Origin: Moniliella sp. 'wahieum'
Taxonomy: Eukaryota
NCBI GenBank assembly: GCA_003971905.1
Contig: RSEE01000123.1
Location: 124,001 to 179,630 of the forward strand
Direction: 5' to 3'
DNA: 55,630 nucleotides
Each line of letters starts with the position of its first letter. Within the stretch, counting starts at the first letter, position 1. Position numbers and translations under genes: made by a program. The notes below the pieces were generated by a model that was not told the DNA's origin, made no database searches, and worked only from the letters and a program-made list of their open reading frames with translations. Of the stretch, positions 1 to 12,353 are shown piece after piece.

Positions 1-174
1 AAGGAACCCAAGTTGGACCGCGCTCGGCGTCAAATGCCCGAATGGAGCGTGTACGATCAAGAAATCGCCAACTTTGTCGCTTCCCTCAAGACGAACCGGA
101 CCGAATCCGAGTCCGAGGCGGACACCCACACCCCTGGCCCACACTCAGAGCCAGAGAGACATGAGGACTTGTAG
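1..174 (+). CDS. KRE5: UDP-glucose:glycoprotein glucosyltransferase, C-terminal end (5' part outside window)
   Basis: Frame 1 reads KEPKLDRARRQMPEWSVYDQEIANF...PERHEDL*. KEPKLDRARRQxPEW is the conserved UGGT C-terminus, and HEDL is an ER-retrieval-like tail. Confidence 0.85.
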   Translation, partial: KEPKLDRARRQMPEWSVYDQEIANFVASLKTNRTESESEADTHTPGPHSEPERHEDL

Positions 175-2071
175 TGGCTTTTTTGCTCGCTTCTTGCGCC
201 TCTTCCCCTCTTCTCCTCCCCCCCTAACCCGCCTCATTTTGCATCTCGTGCCCTCATTTTATTCATCGCATGAACGTGAACCTTGGCTGTGTGCGCGGAC
301 GACGGTTGGGTCGACCGAGACGGGCGGGGGTCTAGCGTTCGGGTTGTCGCAGTGGGATGGACGTTGTGCTGGTTAGAAAGATATTGGTCCGAGTCTTCAA
401 AGCATTAAGCCTGAAGCTTGAAGTTTGAAGCTTGAAGCTGGTCACGAGAATCCTACCCGTCCCGCAATCGCACCGAGTTCACTCTATACTAGCCGTCGCT
501 TCCAGTCGAGTCCTTCGTAGTCAACAATCATTAATCAACGTTGAACATTGAGTATTGAGTCCAGCTCAACCGAGTGGTCCCTAAGTACACAGTGCACGCG
601 GCCAACGCTTAGCACTCAGTCTGAGTGCCAAGACAGACAGCGTGGGTAACACATGTATGGGGTGGGGGATGGGGTACGGAGGACGGGGTGGGATGGAGGG
701 TGGCGGGCTGGGCGGATAAATACGCAAAAATCTTGTCTTTGGTCTTCGGCTGGCGGCCAAATATTACAAGAACGGTGAACTGAACGGTGACTACCAGCTG
801 ATGAATGATGAATGATGATCGATGATCGATAACGTGTGATGCATGTGATGCATGATCGATTAATATTTAATGATTAAATCGATTAAATGACCCGCTGATA
901 CCCGAGATGGTAGGCGATCATCGAGATCATCGATCGCCGGGCACCGGTCACCACGAGTGTACAGATGCATTCGGGTCTTGTTGCCTACTCGACACTTGAT
1001 GAACTCGATAAACAATCGCATAATTCCCGCCACCACCACCTACCCCGGCACGGATCGCCATCGCGGCTCATATACCATCCCTGTTCATCTTCTGTCCTAT
1101 ACTGGGAAGGAGAACGTTGAATGTACTGTGACGGTTGAAGACGTTGAAGCATCGACCAACATGTTCCTATGGCTAGGACATGCGCATACATTTTTGGTGC
1201 AATGGGCGTCCATGACGACGCGATTTCAAGCTCCGTGAGAACCACAGCGTCCAGGCCGATATAGTGCAAATCGTGTCAAAACAACCTGTGTCGGGTCGAA
1301 AAAACGATGTGGTTTTGATGTAAATGATTAATGAGAGCTCACGGATCGCTGGGATAAGAACATTATCCTGGTTACGGGGCGAAAAACTCTTATATTGGGA
1401 TGGGCCATACGGTAATGCCTGGCAAGTGCCATCGCTATACTAGCTGGTAGCTGTGTGCACACTATATGTTCGAGAGGCGAGCGTGCCCACACGCACAATC
1501 AATCGGCCGTGATGATGATCGTCACGGCAAGCGAGTTTCCGAGTGTCAATCGATTGCGCCACGCGTTCGTTTGCTTCAACAGTGCTCCCAGCGCGCGCGA
1601 CGATGAATAGTTGAGCCTCCTCGGCCCCCAAAAGTGCCTAGAGCATTTCATGCCGCTATCCCCCCTTGCGACAACTCAGCTGGGCTGCGCCCGGTCCTAG
1701 CCGGGCATGCTGTTCGCTCCGCCGGCTGGCTTGTCGTGGTGCAGGGAAGGTGCGATGCTGTGGCGGGTGTATGAAGGGACCGACATGGGCCAGGGAGGGG
1801 GGGAGAGGCGGAATACCATCACCCGCACAGGATTTGAACCGGCGGCAAATAGCGGGCGCGGGCATCGGCGCGGGGCGGCACACAGCCCCCGTGCGGGACG
1901 CAGAGTTTCTGCAGGTCACGCACGGGCCACACCAGCCACACCCGCTTCCCACCGATAGCAGCGCGGGGGCCTTGAAATTGCACGCCGCCACACTCGCCCT
2001 GTGCCCCGGCCAAAAAATCCCGGAGGCCCTCGCTAGAAGAGCAGCACAGCAGCCGCAGCCGACCGGCTCCC

Positions 2072-2082
2072 TATATATATAT
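2072..2082 (+). promoter_or_regulatory. TATA-like element upstream of GDH2
   Basis: TATATATATAT ~90 bp upstream of ATG 2165 in otherwise GC-rich DNA. Confidence 0.5.
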
Positions 2083-2164
2083 GGATCGCACGCCCTTGCC
2101 TTTCCGCTGCGTTCGCCACCCCAGCCACCCCCACCTCCGCCGTCTTCGCCGCCGCTCTCCCACC

Positions 2165-5100
2165 ATGGCGTCGCTCCGCAGCCGCCCCGGCACACCCGCC
2201 GACCACGTCGTGCCCAATCAGGCCGGATACGCCACTCCTGTCTTACCGGCAAGGATGCCCAAGCCGCCAAGGTTGCCGACCTCCTCCGGGCCAAAGCCTT
2301 CATCCCCGCCGGCCTCGTCCAAACCGAGGTCGAGTGGTTCTACCACAGCCTCGGCATTGACGACAACTACTTTGCTCTCGAATCGCCCGCCACGATTGGC
2401 GACCACATCATGGCCCTCTATGGCGCCAAGATTCTCGCCTACACCAACCACACCCCCAGTCTCGACGTTGATCTTGAGAAGGAGGCCGAAGACGGCTCGG
2501 GAGCACTCTACATCCATTCTTCTCAACTCGCACGTTTGTCCAAAGGAAAGCCCCGCTGGAGCGCCGCATTGACGAGCGCTACCTGAACAAGACCAGTGCG
2601 GACCATTCGTACCGCCTCGAATCGTACCGCTCGGCCGGGTCGGTTTCTGCGCAGTCCAAGGAACAGCTCCGCTGCTACTTCCTTACCAAGTCCGACTTCG
2701 TTCAAGCGGCACCTCAACCCGGCAGCCCTGACTTTACCGATATCCGCAAAGTGTCGGACAAGAACTTCCTCACCCGTGCATCGGAGAACACGCTCGCCAT
2801 GTACGAGGAAGTGATGACCGAGGTTCTTCGCCGTTCCGGCCCTGTCATTGGTACGCCTTTCCCGTTGGATGTATTTTGCACTGAATGCTGACCCTCCTAT
2901 TTTCTTTTCCCCCAGAGGTGTACCAAGTCGAGGGAAGCACCGAGCACCGCGTGGTCATTGGTTACCGCCAAGGCTCTACCAACAACTACTTCTCCAGTTT
3001 TAGTGATCTCTACCACTTTTATGGTCTCTTTTCCTCGCGCAAGTATGTTGAGCAGTTCAGCAACGGGGTTACCATTCTGTGCGCGTACCTCAACCCGCTC
3101 CCGGTATCTGGTTACCCTCCCATCGACCACTCGATCAACCAGATTATGCGTGAGGCGTCCTTGCTCTATGCTCTGCCGGACAACCCTTTCTTCAAAGTTG
3201 GGGATCCAGCCAACCAACAAGAAGGCCATGCGGTCCAAGAAGCCACCTATGCATATGTCGGCTGGCTCTTTGCCCAACACTTTTGCAACCGTCTGGGCCA
3301 GTCATACCAAGCCTTGCGCAACGTCCTGGACGATACTGACCCGGCCCAAGCGTCGATCTTGAACGAGATCAAGACCCGCTTCCGTGAAGAAACCTTCACT
3401 CGAGAGGGTATCCAAGACGTGCTGGAGCGCTACCCGGACCTGATCCGTCTGCTCTATGTTCACTTTGCCAACATCCATTACCCTGGGGGGCAGGAGAAGA
3501 TGAATTGGTCCCGACTTTGTCGTACCAACGCCTGGTGAAGGAGGAGGTTCTGACTGACGCTCAGATCCATGATCGCATCCGCAAGACCACCACCAGCACC
3601 CATGAGCTCCAGGTGCTGGAAGCGCTTTGGCTTTCAACAAGAGCGTTCTCAAGACCAACTTTTACACGCCCACCAAGGTCGCTCTTTCATTCCGTTTGGA
3701 CCCGGGCTTCCTTCCCGAGGTGGAGTACCCCGTTAAGCCGTATGGAGTCTTCTTTGTCGTTGGTTCAGACTTCCGTGGGTTCCACGTTCGGTTCTCGGAC
3801 ATTGCTCGTGGAGGGATTCGCATTGTCCGCTCTCGCAACAAGGAGAATTACTCGATCAACCAGCGTACGCTCTTTGATGAGAACTACGGTCTGGCATCGA
3901 CCCAGCACCTCAAGAACAAGGACATTCCTGAAGGCGGATCCAAGGGCACCATCCTCCCCACTCTCGATGCCAACCCCAAGCTGTGTTTTGAGAAGTATGT
4001 CGATGCGGTGATCGACTTGCTCATCAAGGGCGAAACACCAGGGGTTAAAGAAGAGATTGTTGATCTCTATGGCAAGGAAGAGATTCTCTTTTTTGGTCCT
4101 GACGAGGGCACGGCCGACTTTATGGACTGGGGCGCTGAACATGCTCGGGCCCGCGGTGCTCCGTGGTGGAAATCGTTTACGACGGGAAGACGGCCGCCAC
4201 ACTTGGTGGAGTGCCCCATGATGTCTGGGGCATGACGTCTCTATCGGTGCGGCAATACGTCTTGGGCTTGTATCGTCGCCTCGGCCTGAACGAGAAAGAC
4301 GTTACCAAGGTTCAGACTGGAGGTCCTGATGGGGACCTCGGGTCGAACGAGATCCTTCTCTCCTCGGACCGCACCACGACGATCATTGATGGTTCAGGTG
4401 TGATCCACGACCCTTCCGGCTTGGACCGTCCCGAGCTGATCCGCCTGGCCAAAACGCGCAAGATGATCAATCACTTTGACGTGTCCAAGTTGGGCAAGGG
4501 TGGCTTCCGCGTCCTGGTGGAGGACAAGGATGTGACGCTCCCGTCGGGCGAGGTGGTGCCGGACGGCTTGTCGTATCGCAACACGGCACACCTCAACTTC
4601 CAAGCCGACTTGTTTGTTCCTGTGGTGGACGGCCCGAGGCAATCAGCATCTCGAACGTTGGCAAACTGTTTGATGCTGATGGAAAGCCCCATTTCAAGTA
4701 CATTGTCGAGGGGCCAACCTGTTCATCACCCGCCAGGCTCGGATTGAACTAGAGAAGCACGGTGTCATTCTCTACCCTGACGCGAGCGCCAACAAGGGTG
4801 GAGTGACCTCATCGTCACTCGAGGTGTTGTGCGGCTTGTCGCTCACTGATGACGAGTTCCTCCAGAACATGACCTTCCAAGGAGGCAAGCCTACTCCCTT
4901 CTATCTTGGATATGTGCGGGACATCCAGTCGATCATCGCTCGCAATGCAGCCATGGAGTTTGAGGCAATTTGGCGCGAACACCAAGCTACCTCCCGTCCT
5001 CGTTCGGTTCTTTCCACGGAGCTCTCCACCACTCAACGTCTTGTCTGATGAGATTGCTGCGACCAACCTGTACGAGGACGATGTGGTGCGGCGCAGTGTG

Positions 5101-5301
5101 ATGGCCCATGTCTTCCCCACTACCCTGCGGAAGAAGGTGGGGCTGGATACCTTGGTGGAGCGCATCCCTGCAGCGTACGCCCGCTCGGCCTTTGCTGCCT
5201 TTGTCGCTGCGTCTTTCATCTATGCTCATGGCTCGGGCGCTTCTCACGTTCAGTTCTACCAGCACATCAACAAGCTTCGCCAAGATGCACCACAGGTGTA
5301 G
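2165..5301 (+). CDS. GDH2: NAD-specific glutamate dehydrogenase (large type); intron 2851-2915; several indels
   Basis: Motifs FRGFHVRFSDIARGGIRIV, KNKDIPEGGSKG, LFFGPDEGTA, QTGGPDGDLGSNEI and ANKGGVTSSSLEVL, spread over consecutive ORF fragments. Intron is GTACGC..GCTGAC..CAG. Confidence 0.95.
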
Positions 5302-6023
5302 CGCAGCTCACCCGGTTTCTCCCTTTCTCCTATCCGTCATTGCTGTCCCCTTAGGTCTTCCTTTTGTCTGTTTTGTGTCATTTCGAGATCCATGTCATAC
5401 CAAGCAAATAAGTGTTGTGCGGAGTACGCTGAGTACGTGGAGTAGAATGCGAGAGTAGAGGCTGAGTGTGCACGTCGTGTTGCAAAAAGGCTGCAACTCG
5501 CAGGGCAAAAGCCTTGGTGGTACCCCCGTACCCCCCCCCGCGCCCGATGTATAGAAGTCACACTGATCGTTGGCTCCCCGCATCGTCTCTTTGGGGACCT
5601 TGGCACCGAAGTGTGACACATGTGATGAGCTCGATGGGCACTGGCACATGATGCATGGACCTGATAACAGTCTCAGCTCTTCTTTCTGGTTCCTTCTGAA
5701 ATGATACTATACACCTCTGGTCGCCGTACGTAGACGGGGTATATCGAGCCAGTGCATATGCTGTTGCCCTTTTCCTCCTTTTACAAACAAGTGGTATTCC
5801 TTTTGCCCCAATAAAACCCTTCTGACAACGAAATGGCTCTCCTACGCGTCCTATCTTTGTGCAACGAAACAATCCAAGGATATGAGCTGGGGAGAGAGAA
5901 GAGAATGGATATAGAGATCACAAGAAAGCAGTGTGTGAAGCAGGCCGGGCATGATAGTTTTTTCGTGTTGGTCTGGTCTGGAGTTCGTTGGATGCGTCAA
6001 AGGGGGGGGGGGGGGGGGGGGGC

Positions 6024-8052
6024 TTAGGCAGCGTTGTTAGCGGCGGAGAGGGCGGCCTGGCGCTTGAGAGCCGGGGGCGAGTCGCCACGGGGAGGAAGAC
6101 CTCAACGACGTGGGCCTTGTCGGCCTTGTTGAACTCGGGGTCGGTCAAGAGCGCCTCGAGCTCGGCCTTGGTGTGGACAGCGTGGAACTGTGTCTTAGAT
6201 GGGACCGGGTCAGCCTCGTGCGAGGGCACGTTGGGCTTGGTCCAGGGGGTGGGGGCGTGAGGAAGTCAATCAGCTTCGAATGGTTCCAGATCGCAATGTC
6301 GTTGTAGAACTCGTCAGGGCCAAAGATCTGGCGCTCAATTTCGTATCCATCGTTGTTGAGGATAAAGATGAGAGGCGTCAAGCCGTGACGGAAGACAGTG
6401 CCGAGTTCCTGTGCGGTAAGCTGGAGGGAGCCGTCACCAATGAAGTGCACAACGCGGCCAGGGCGGTTAGGGTTGTGCTGTTGCAGCTGGCGCAGACCAA
6501 GCGCCGCACCCAAAACTGCACCGCCCGTAAAACCAATCGAGCCCCAGAGCATCTGCGCAATCAGCTTGGCGTTCTTGGGGAACGTCACGTCGATCAGGCC
6601 GAAGGACGAAGTACCCGTCTCGCCAAGAACAACGTCGCCCTCGCCGAAGAACTGACCCATGCGGGGCCAGAAGTAGCCCTGGGAAATGACGTCCTTGGAC
6701 TTGAAGCCCTCGGGACCACCAAGGCGCGTGAGGGTGAGCTCGTCGAGCTCAGCAATCTGCTCCTCGACCGAGGGGATCGCGTTGAGCGTAAGGGAACGAA
6801 CGGGAGCCAGGAGCGACTTGGTGACAGCGAGACGCTTCTCACCCTCACCCGAGAGAGCTTCCGTAAGCTTAGGCAGGAGCCACTTCATCTTGATGTCGTC
6901 AAACACAGCGTAGCCAATCTTGGTGTGGTCCGAGTGGAGCTCGATCGTGGCCGTGCGCTTAGTGCGGTAGGAGAAGGAGCCAGTGTTGTAGTCCGACAGG
7001 AGGGCACCGACCGACAGGATCAAGTCGGAGCTTTCCACAATCTCCTTGACCGCCGGCTTGCTCAGGCTACCGAGGTACACACCACCGAACTGGGCGTTGT
7101 TCAGTTCCGTGACGGTCGTCTTGCCCATGGGGGTGGAGAAGACGGGGAGGCCAGTGACCTCGGCAAACTTGCGCGTCTCAGCAACGACGTTGTGGCGGGA
7201 AGCGCAAGCGTCGACCAGGATGATGGGTTGCGTAGCCGCCTTGACACGCTTGACAATCTCGTCGAGCACGTTGCGCTCGATCTCCTCGTTGTTGGATGTG
7301 ACGGTGGTTTGCAGCTTGTAGTCCACCAGGCGCTTGGCAGCCGAGATAGGCAGGGGGAGGTCAACCAAGTTGGAAGGGTATCCAATGTACACGGGGAGAG
7401 AGCGGGAAACGCAGAACTCGAGGATCGAGTCAATGGCGCGGCAGGCGTCCAGGCCAGTGGTAATGTCCTCGGCCTGGGTGCCCTTGGGGATCAGGGGCAG
7501 ACGTCCCTCACGGTGCATCTGGTACAGGTCCAGCTGGGCGCCGGTGATCTGGCGGGCCATGTTGAGGAAGGCGTCGAACTTGTGGTCGCCTTGGTAGAGG
7601 GAGCAAAAAGTCAGATGCACGATCAACAACGTAATATAGTGGGGCAGACGGGCGGTGATGGGGAAGGTAAAACGTACCAAGAGTGTGGTGGAGCAGGAGA
7701 CCCTCGTCCTGGGCCTTGGTCGAGGGCGTACCGACAATGTGGATGACGGGAAGACGCTCGGCCATGCTGCCACCGAGGGCATTGCATGCGCTCAGCTCGC
7801 CGACACCAAAGGTGGTGGTGAGCACAGCGGGACGGGGGGGTGGCCCCGGACAGGACAGGGCCAGGCCCGGCCGGCCGAGTAGCCGGCGTTGAGTCGTTGG
7901 AGTTGCCGATCCAGCCCAGGCCACGCTCACGCCAGCGCGTGAGCATGGCCGGGTAAAGTCGCCAGGGAGGCCTGGACGAACTCAACCTCGAGCTGCTTCA
8001 AGCGCTCGCAGAGGTAGTCGGTGAGGGTGATGGTGCCTTCAACGGGAGCCAT
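6024..8052 (-). CDS. PDC1: Pyruvate decarboxylase / 2-oxo-acid decarboxylase, copy A; intron 7590-7677
   Basis: [59 protein letters not shown], and the ThDP-binding motif [11 protein letters not shown]...NNDGYEIER. Confidence 0.93.
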
Positions 8053-8447
8053 GGCGAATTGTGGGGGTGCTGTTGGGAACACGCGAGTGGTGCTGGAGTG
8101 GGGTGGGGATGGAGCGAACGGGGGACGAGGCAGATCAGTGGGTCTCTTATACGCGGACGGGTGGTAGATGCGATCGTCGCTGGTGAAGGCTGTTGATGCG
8201 TATATTGCTCCTGTTGGCCATGAGGCCTGAGCGCATGAGCCTGAGTGCCCGAGGTGGTGCTCAGAAGGCAGTTAAACCTTAACTGATGGGGTGGGTCGAC
8301 CTCCGCCGAGACTGGCGCCGTGCCCGGACCCAGGTGTAGTTTAATTGTTGATTTGAGAATTTGAGATGAGCAGCGCAGCACAGGGCAGTGTGAGCAAGCT
8401 GCTCACTGTCCAGCGCTGGCGCCGTGCGGACGCCAGTTGTGAGTGCA
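6478..8447 (-). repeat. Left arm of long inverted repeat (PDC copy A plus promoter); partner is 53688-55630
   Basis: The reverse complement of 53688-55630 aligns by eye to this interval: near-identical in the CDS, patchy in the promoter. The arm may extend further because the partner runs off the window. Confidence 0.95.
8144..8151 (-). promoter_or_regulatory. TATA box of PDC copy A
   Basis: TATAAGAG ~99 bp upstream of the ATG, conserved in copy B at 53970-53977. Confidence 0.65.
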
Positions 8448-9287
8448 CGCGCCACCAGCATGGGAGCAGTGGAAATAACTAGTGACTGATGATCGATGAC
8501 CAATTCGATAGCCGATGATCGATGATCGGGATCATCACCAGCATCAGCTTTGTGAACGTGTCTCCGGACAAGGTACGACTGCGGGCTTGCGTTTCGACAC
8601 CGAGCGACTGAGTTTCAGTCTTCAAGCTTCTGGCTTCAGATCGACTTCAGACTGGAGATGGAAGCCGTCAGGACGGGGGCGACCGGGAGTGGCGCTTCAG
8701 ACCATGGCCAGGTGAGCCAACAAATGTTGCCAACAATATCTTTGTTCGTAACCAATGATTAAGGAGAGCGGCAAACCTTTCGGACGTACTAAGACAGCGT
8801 CAGAGGCTCCGCCGCGTATGGGACTGAGGTACTGAGGCGTGTTAGGAGTGAGCTCACTCGACAACGTGTTCTGCACCCGAAAGAAAACGCTGAACTCACG
8901 GCCGCAGACTTCGCCTATGAAATTTCCATGTTCTGGCTGTTATATACGGGGTTTAAGAGTCCCTTCGCATTGCTTCTTATCGATCGGCCGAGTCCTCCTA
9001 CACCTCGCCCAGCATCGGCCTCGCAGCCACCCACGTTGATGGGTACTGGCGGCTGGGCTCGGGTCGCCCACACTACACCCCGTCCTTACCTATGACTGTC
9101 TAGGCCAGATCCAAAGCGCGCTATACAAGTCAATCGGAAACAAGTCAATCCAGGGCGCATGAAAAAGGAGACCGAGCTGGATGCATTGATAGGTGCACCA
9201 ATGCACACCGAGAGTCCCACGCAAGGCACAACCCTCCGGAACCCCCCGAGTGTGCCGTGTCAAGTCAAGGGAAGTAGACGCGGGCGA

Positions 9288-10606
9288 TCAATCATCGTCT
9301 TGCCAATCATCGTAATCAACATCATAGTCGTCCCATGTATCATAGACATTGTCGTCCTCGTACCAGTCCTCCGCATCACCATCATCATCATCCGACGTTG
9401 CCTCCACTCCAAAGAATAAGATATCATCCGGGACATCCGCCACCCGCCCCAATCATCATCGTCCTCCCAGCAATAATCAGGTCGGAATCGCTTCCCCACT
9501 CCAACACGTCGCGGTCGCCAGCCGTCGGATTCGGATTTGGATGCGTTTGGGACGGCCGGATGCGTCGATGGCTGCGGGACAAAGATGCGTCCTGTGCATA
9601 TACCGAGTCGCCCAACCCAATTGCCTCGAGGCCTTGTTGCCGACGAACACGGAGCAAGGAATGCCGCAATTCGCGCGTCAGCATTTCTTCCGCCGTCATA
9701 TTGAAAACAAACTCGCTCCCCTCAATCTTGTGCGAGTAAAAGCATTGGTCTGGCCAAGCGAGGCAGAGGGGCAGGTAAGTAAGCGTCCTGCATCGGCACA
9801 AAGTAGGATGAAAAGGCAAAGAGGACAACGTACCGGCAAAGGGACAAAAGACTCCGGTCCGTTTGGACAACGACGCTTCAAAGTACTTGCACGGCGTGGT
9901 ACGAGTGGCGGCCTTGAAGCGACTTACGATGGACTTCTTGTTGTTACCCGTGACGAAAACAGAGGAGGGGATCACAAAGAGGCTCACTGTGCGGCACACG
10001 GGACATCGTTTCTGGTTGCCCATCTCTTCTTCCAACAGGGGCTCGTTCGAATCCGGAGGGGGTCGCGCACGCCATTTTTTGATACAATCGAGACAAAAAA
10101 TGTGGTCACAGTAGGACAACAATCCATATGTGGTGGGAAGCTCGTAGCAGATGGAACACATGGGACGCGTGGGGCCAGATGTGGGCTCCGGAGACGAATA
10201 TCCATCCGTTGCCGCTGCACTGCAGTCATCTCGGCCACAAACCTGGGAGGAAGAGTGGATGCGTCGTGGGCATACCAACACGAGTCCCCCTGGCACAGTA
10301 TCCTTTCTTGAAGTATCTGCAAGGTTTTTTGGGTCCAAGTGAGGTGCTAGAGTCAGCATTACTTGGCGTCGCACGGCGGGTGCATGCTTCTCTTGAGGGG
10401 GAGCTAGGCTGGGAGGAAGATGGCGGAGGTGGCGTTGAGAGAGGCGGCGTGGATGTAGACGTGGAAGCAACACCAGTATGGGACTGGGAGGGAGGATGGG
10501 TGTGGGAGAAGCGGCATGCGGAACCGCGCCTGCAGCCATCTGGGGTGAGGTGGTAGCGGCACATGGGCGCCCGCGACGCCTGAGGTGACTGGGACTCAGA
10601 TGGCAT
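9288..10606 (-). CDS. Makorin-type CCCH/RING E3 ubiquitin ligase; intron 9750-9833
   Basis: CCCH fingers (CRYHLTPDGCRRGSACRFSH; CRYFKKGYCARG), RING (CSICYE...CDHIFCLDCIKKWR...CPVCR), C-terminal CCCH (CKYF...CPF...CFYSH), and an acidic tail ending WQDDD*. Confidence 0.85.
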
Positions 10607-11074
10607 GTCCCGCGGGGATGTGTCCTAGAGCGAGCGCAGGGGGGATGGAGAGAGGAGGGGGGGGTAGTGAATGGCAAGTGCTGTGAAGGAGGTGGAGGTG
10701 GAGGTGGAGGTGGAGGTGGAGGGAGGTGGCGGTGGAGAAGGAGGCCGCAGAGGAGGTGGGGGGGTTACCGGCTAACGCACACCAGCGTCCCCCTGCCGTC
10801 TGCACATGCCGCCGCCACTCCGCATCGTATCAAATTTCAAAAGTGCCTCGGAAGAGGCGCGCCGGGTCAGGTGACCGTAGGGCTAAATCAAGCACTGGAA
10901 ACGGAGGCATGATGCATGATGCATGATGCATGATGCATGATGACGTCGTCCTGCTTGGGCCGTGCACAGACCGCCTAGGCGGGACACGTCCCAGCGCCGC
11001 TGGGTTGGACGTTGGCCCCCGGAGGACCCAGCCAGCCCCAGCCAGCAGCAGCCGACCATCCTTGCTCCTCCCCA

Positions 11075-11658
11075 ATGGTGGCCAGCCCTGTCGCGTCCCC
11101 CCCACCCACGCCGCTGCAGCCGGCGCCGGCGCAGCACACGGCTCTCAGCCTTGGTGGGGCGCTTGGCCCCCACGCGGCTGCGCCCATGCCAGCGCTCAAC
11201 TGGGACGCGCTGCCGAACAACGCGCTTACCACCCCCCCTTCCCTCCGCCTCGCCGAGTCCATCAACCAGACCCCTGACGCGAACGTGCCCCTTTCCATCA
11301 CGCCCAAGGAGCACGACCTAATTATGGGTGTGGAACGGAGGGCATTGCAAACCCAACTGGGGGGCTTCTTGGTGGGTGCGTTGGGGGTGCGTACTATGCC
11401 CGGGCCAAGCGGCCCCTGCCTGGCTGGAGAGGGTATACAATTTCCATTGCGCTGGGTATGACCTTGTCCCCGATGCTCAGCATCCCTCTGTCGATCTACT
11501 TTTCCAAGTCCTACCTCAAGCAGATCAAGCAGGACACGCACTTGACATCGGTCATCCAACAGAGCGAACGGCATCATATCCCCTTGGAAATGCTTCCTGT
11601 CTCCCCCGATGCCGCGGAGCCCGACACTCCGTCTGCCTCGGCACAAGCCCAGCCCTAG
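11075..11658 (+). CDS. Hypothetical small membrane protein (indel near 11390)
   Basis: Two coding-like ORF segments with hydrophobic stretches (LGGFLVGALG; ISIALGMTLSPMLSIPLSIYFS), divergent from makorin. No family recognised. Confidence 0.5.
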
Positions 11659-12353
11659 ACTTTGCATTTTCCCATTTCAACGTTTCCACAGTTCCACTTT
11701 CTCTAAAGTAATTGGTGAACAGTCCTTCTTAGCTAGACGAAGCCAGCGGTACTTCCCGGCCCTCAAGGTTCGTCACCGGTCACCCTTAGGCGACTTCCTT
11801 TCTTCCCAGCACCACTCTCACTCTGTCTTTTTCCTTGCAATCATATCTCGGCCTGCGCTCTGCTGCATCCTTTGCTCCGCAATGTCCCCCCCATCATCGT
11901 TGAAGCTGTGTCTCTTTCGTTTCGTTCAGCTGACAAAAACTCGCATGGAATTACTCCGGTATGGTCACTTCGACCTTTGGTGTGCATGTAAGCACCCTTC
12001 GTCTAGCTGGGTTTCGGCAACGAGGGGGGGATGCGTGGTGGGTCTAGCGGGCGTCAGGCAGCCCATTAAAACAGGCGAGCGCAGCATATGAGGTCAAACC
12101 ATCTGTGTGTCTCCTCGCTCGTTCTACTCTCTTTGTTTGCTTGGAATCTGGAATCGGGAATCGGGCGGCTGGAAATTGCAACGACCCAACTGCTTTCTAC
12201 TCACTCTGCATCCCCTCTCCACTGCCCCCCCTCCTCCTCCCTAGTCCCAGCTTCCTTCCTCTCCAGCATTTCTCCCTCTGCGCCGCCCTCCCCGCCGACG
12301 CACAGTAGACTGTCCTGCATTTGTATCGTATTTCTCGCTGCCCCCCGCGGCGT

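Noticed and set aside
7590..7677. TPP riboswitch in the intron of a ThDP-dependent enzyme
   Set aside because: The intron is ~90 nt and lacks the conserved aptamer motifs.
6199..7746. Long antisense ORFs (515 aa here; also 23471-25444, 23984-25684, 24679-26676)
   Set aside because: These are shadows of GC-rich, codon-biased real genes or frameshift fusions of neighbouring genes.
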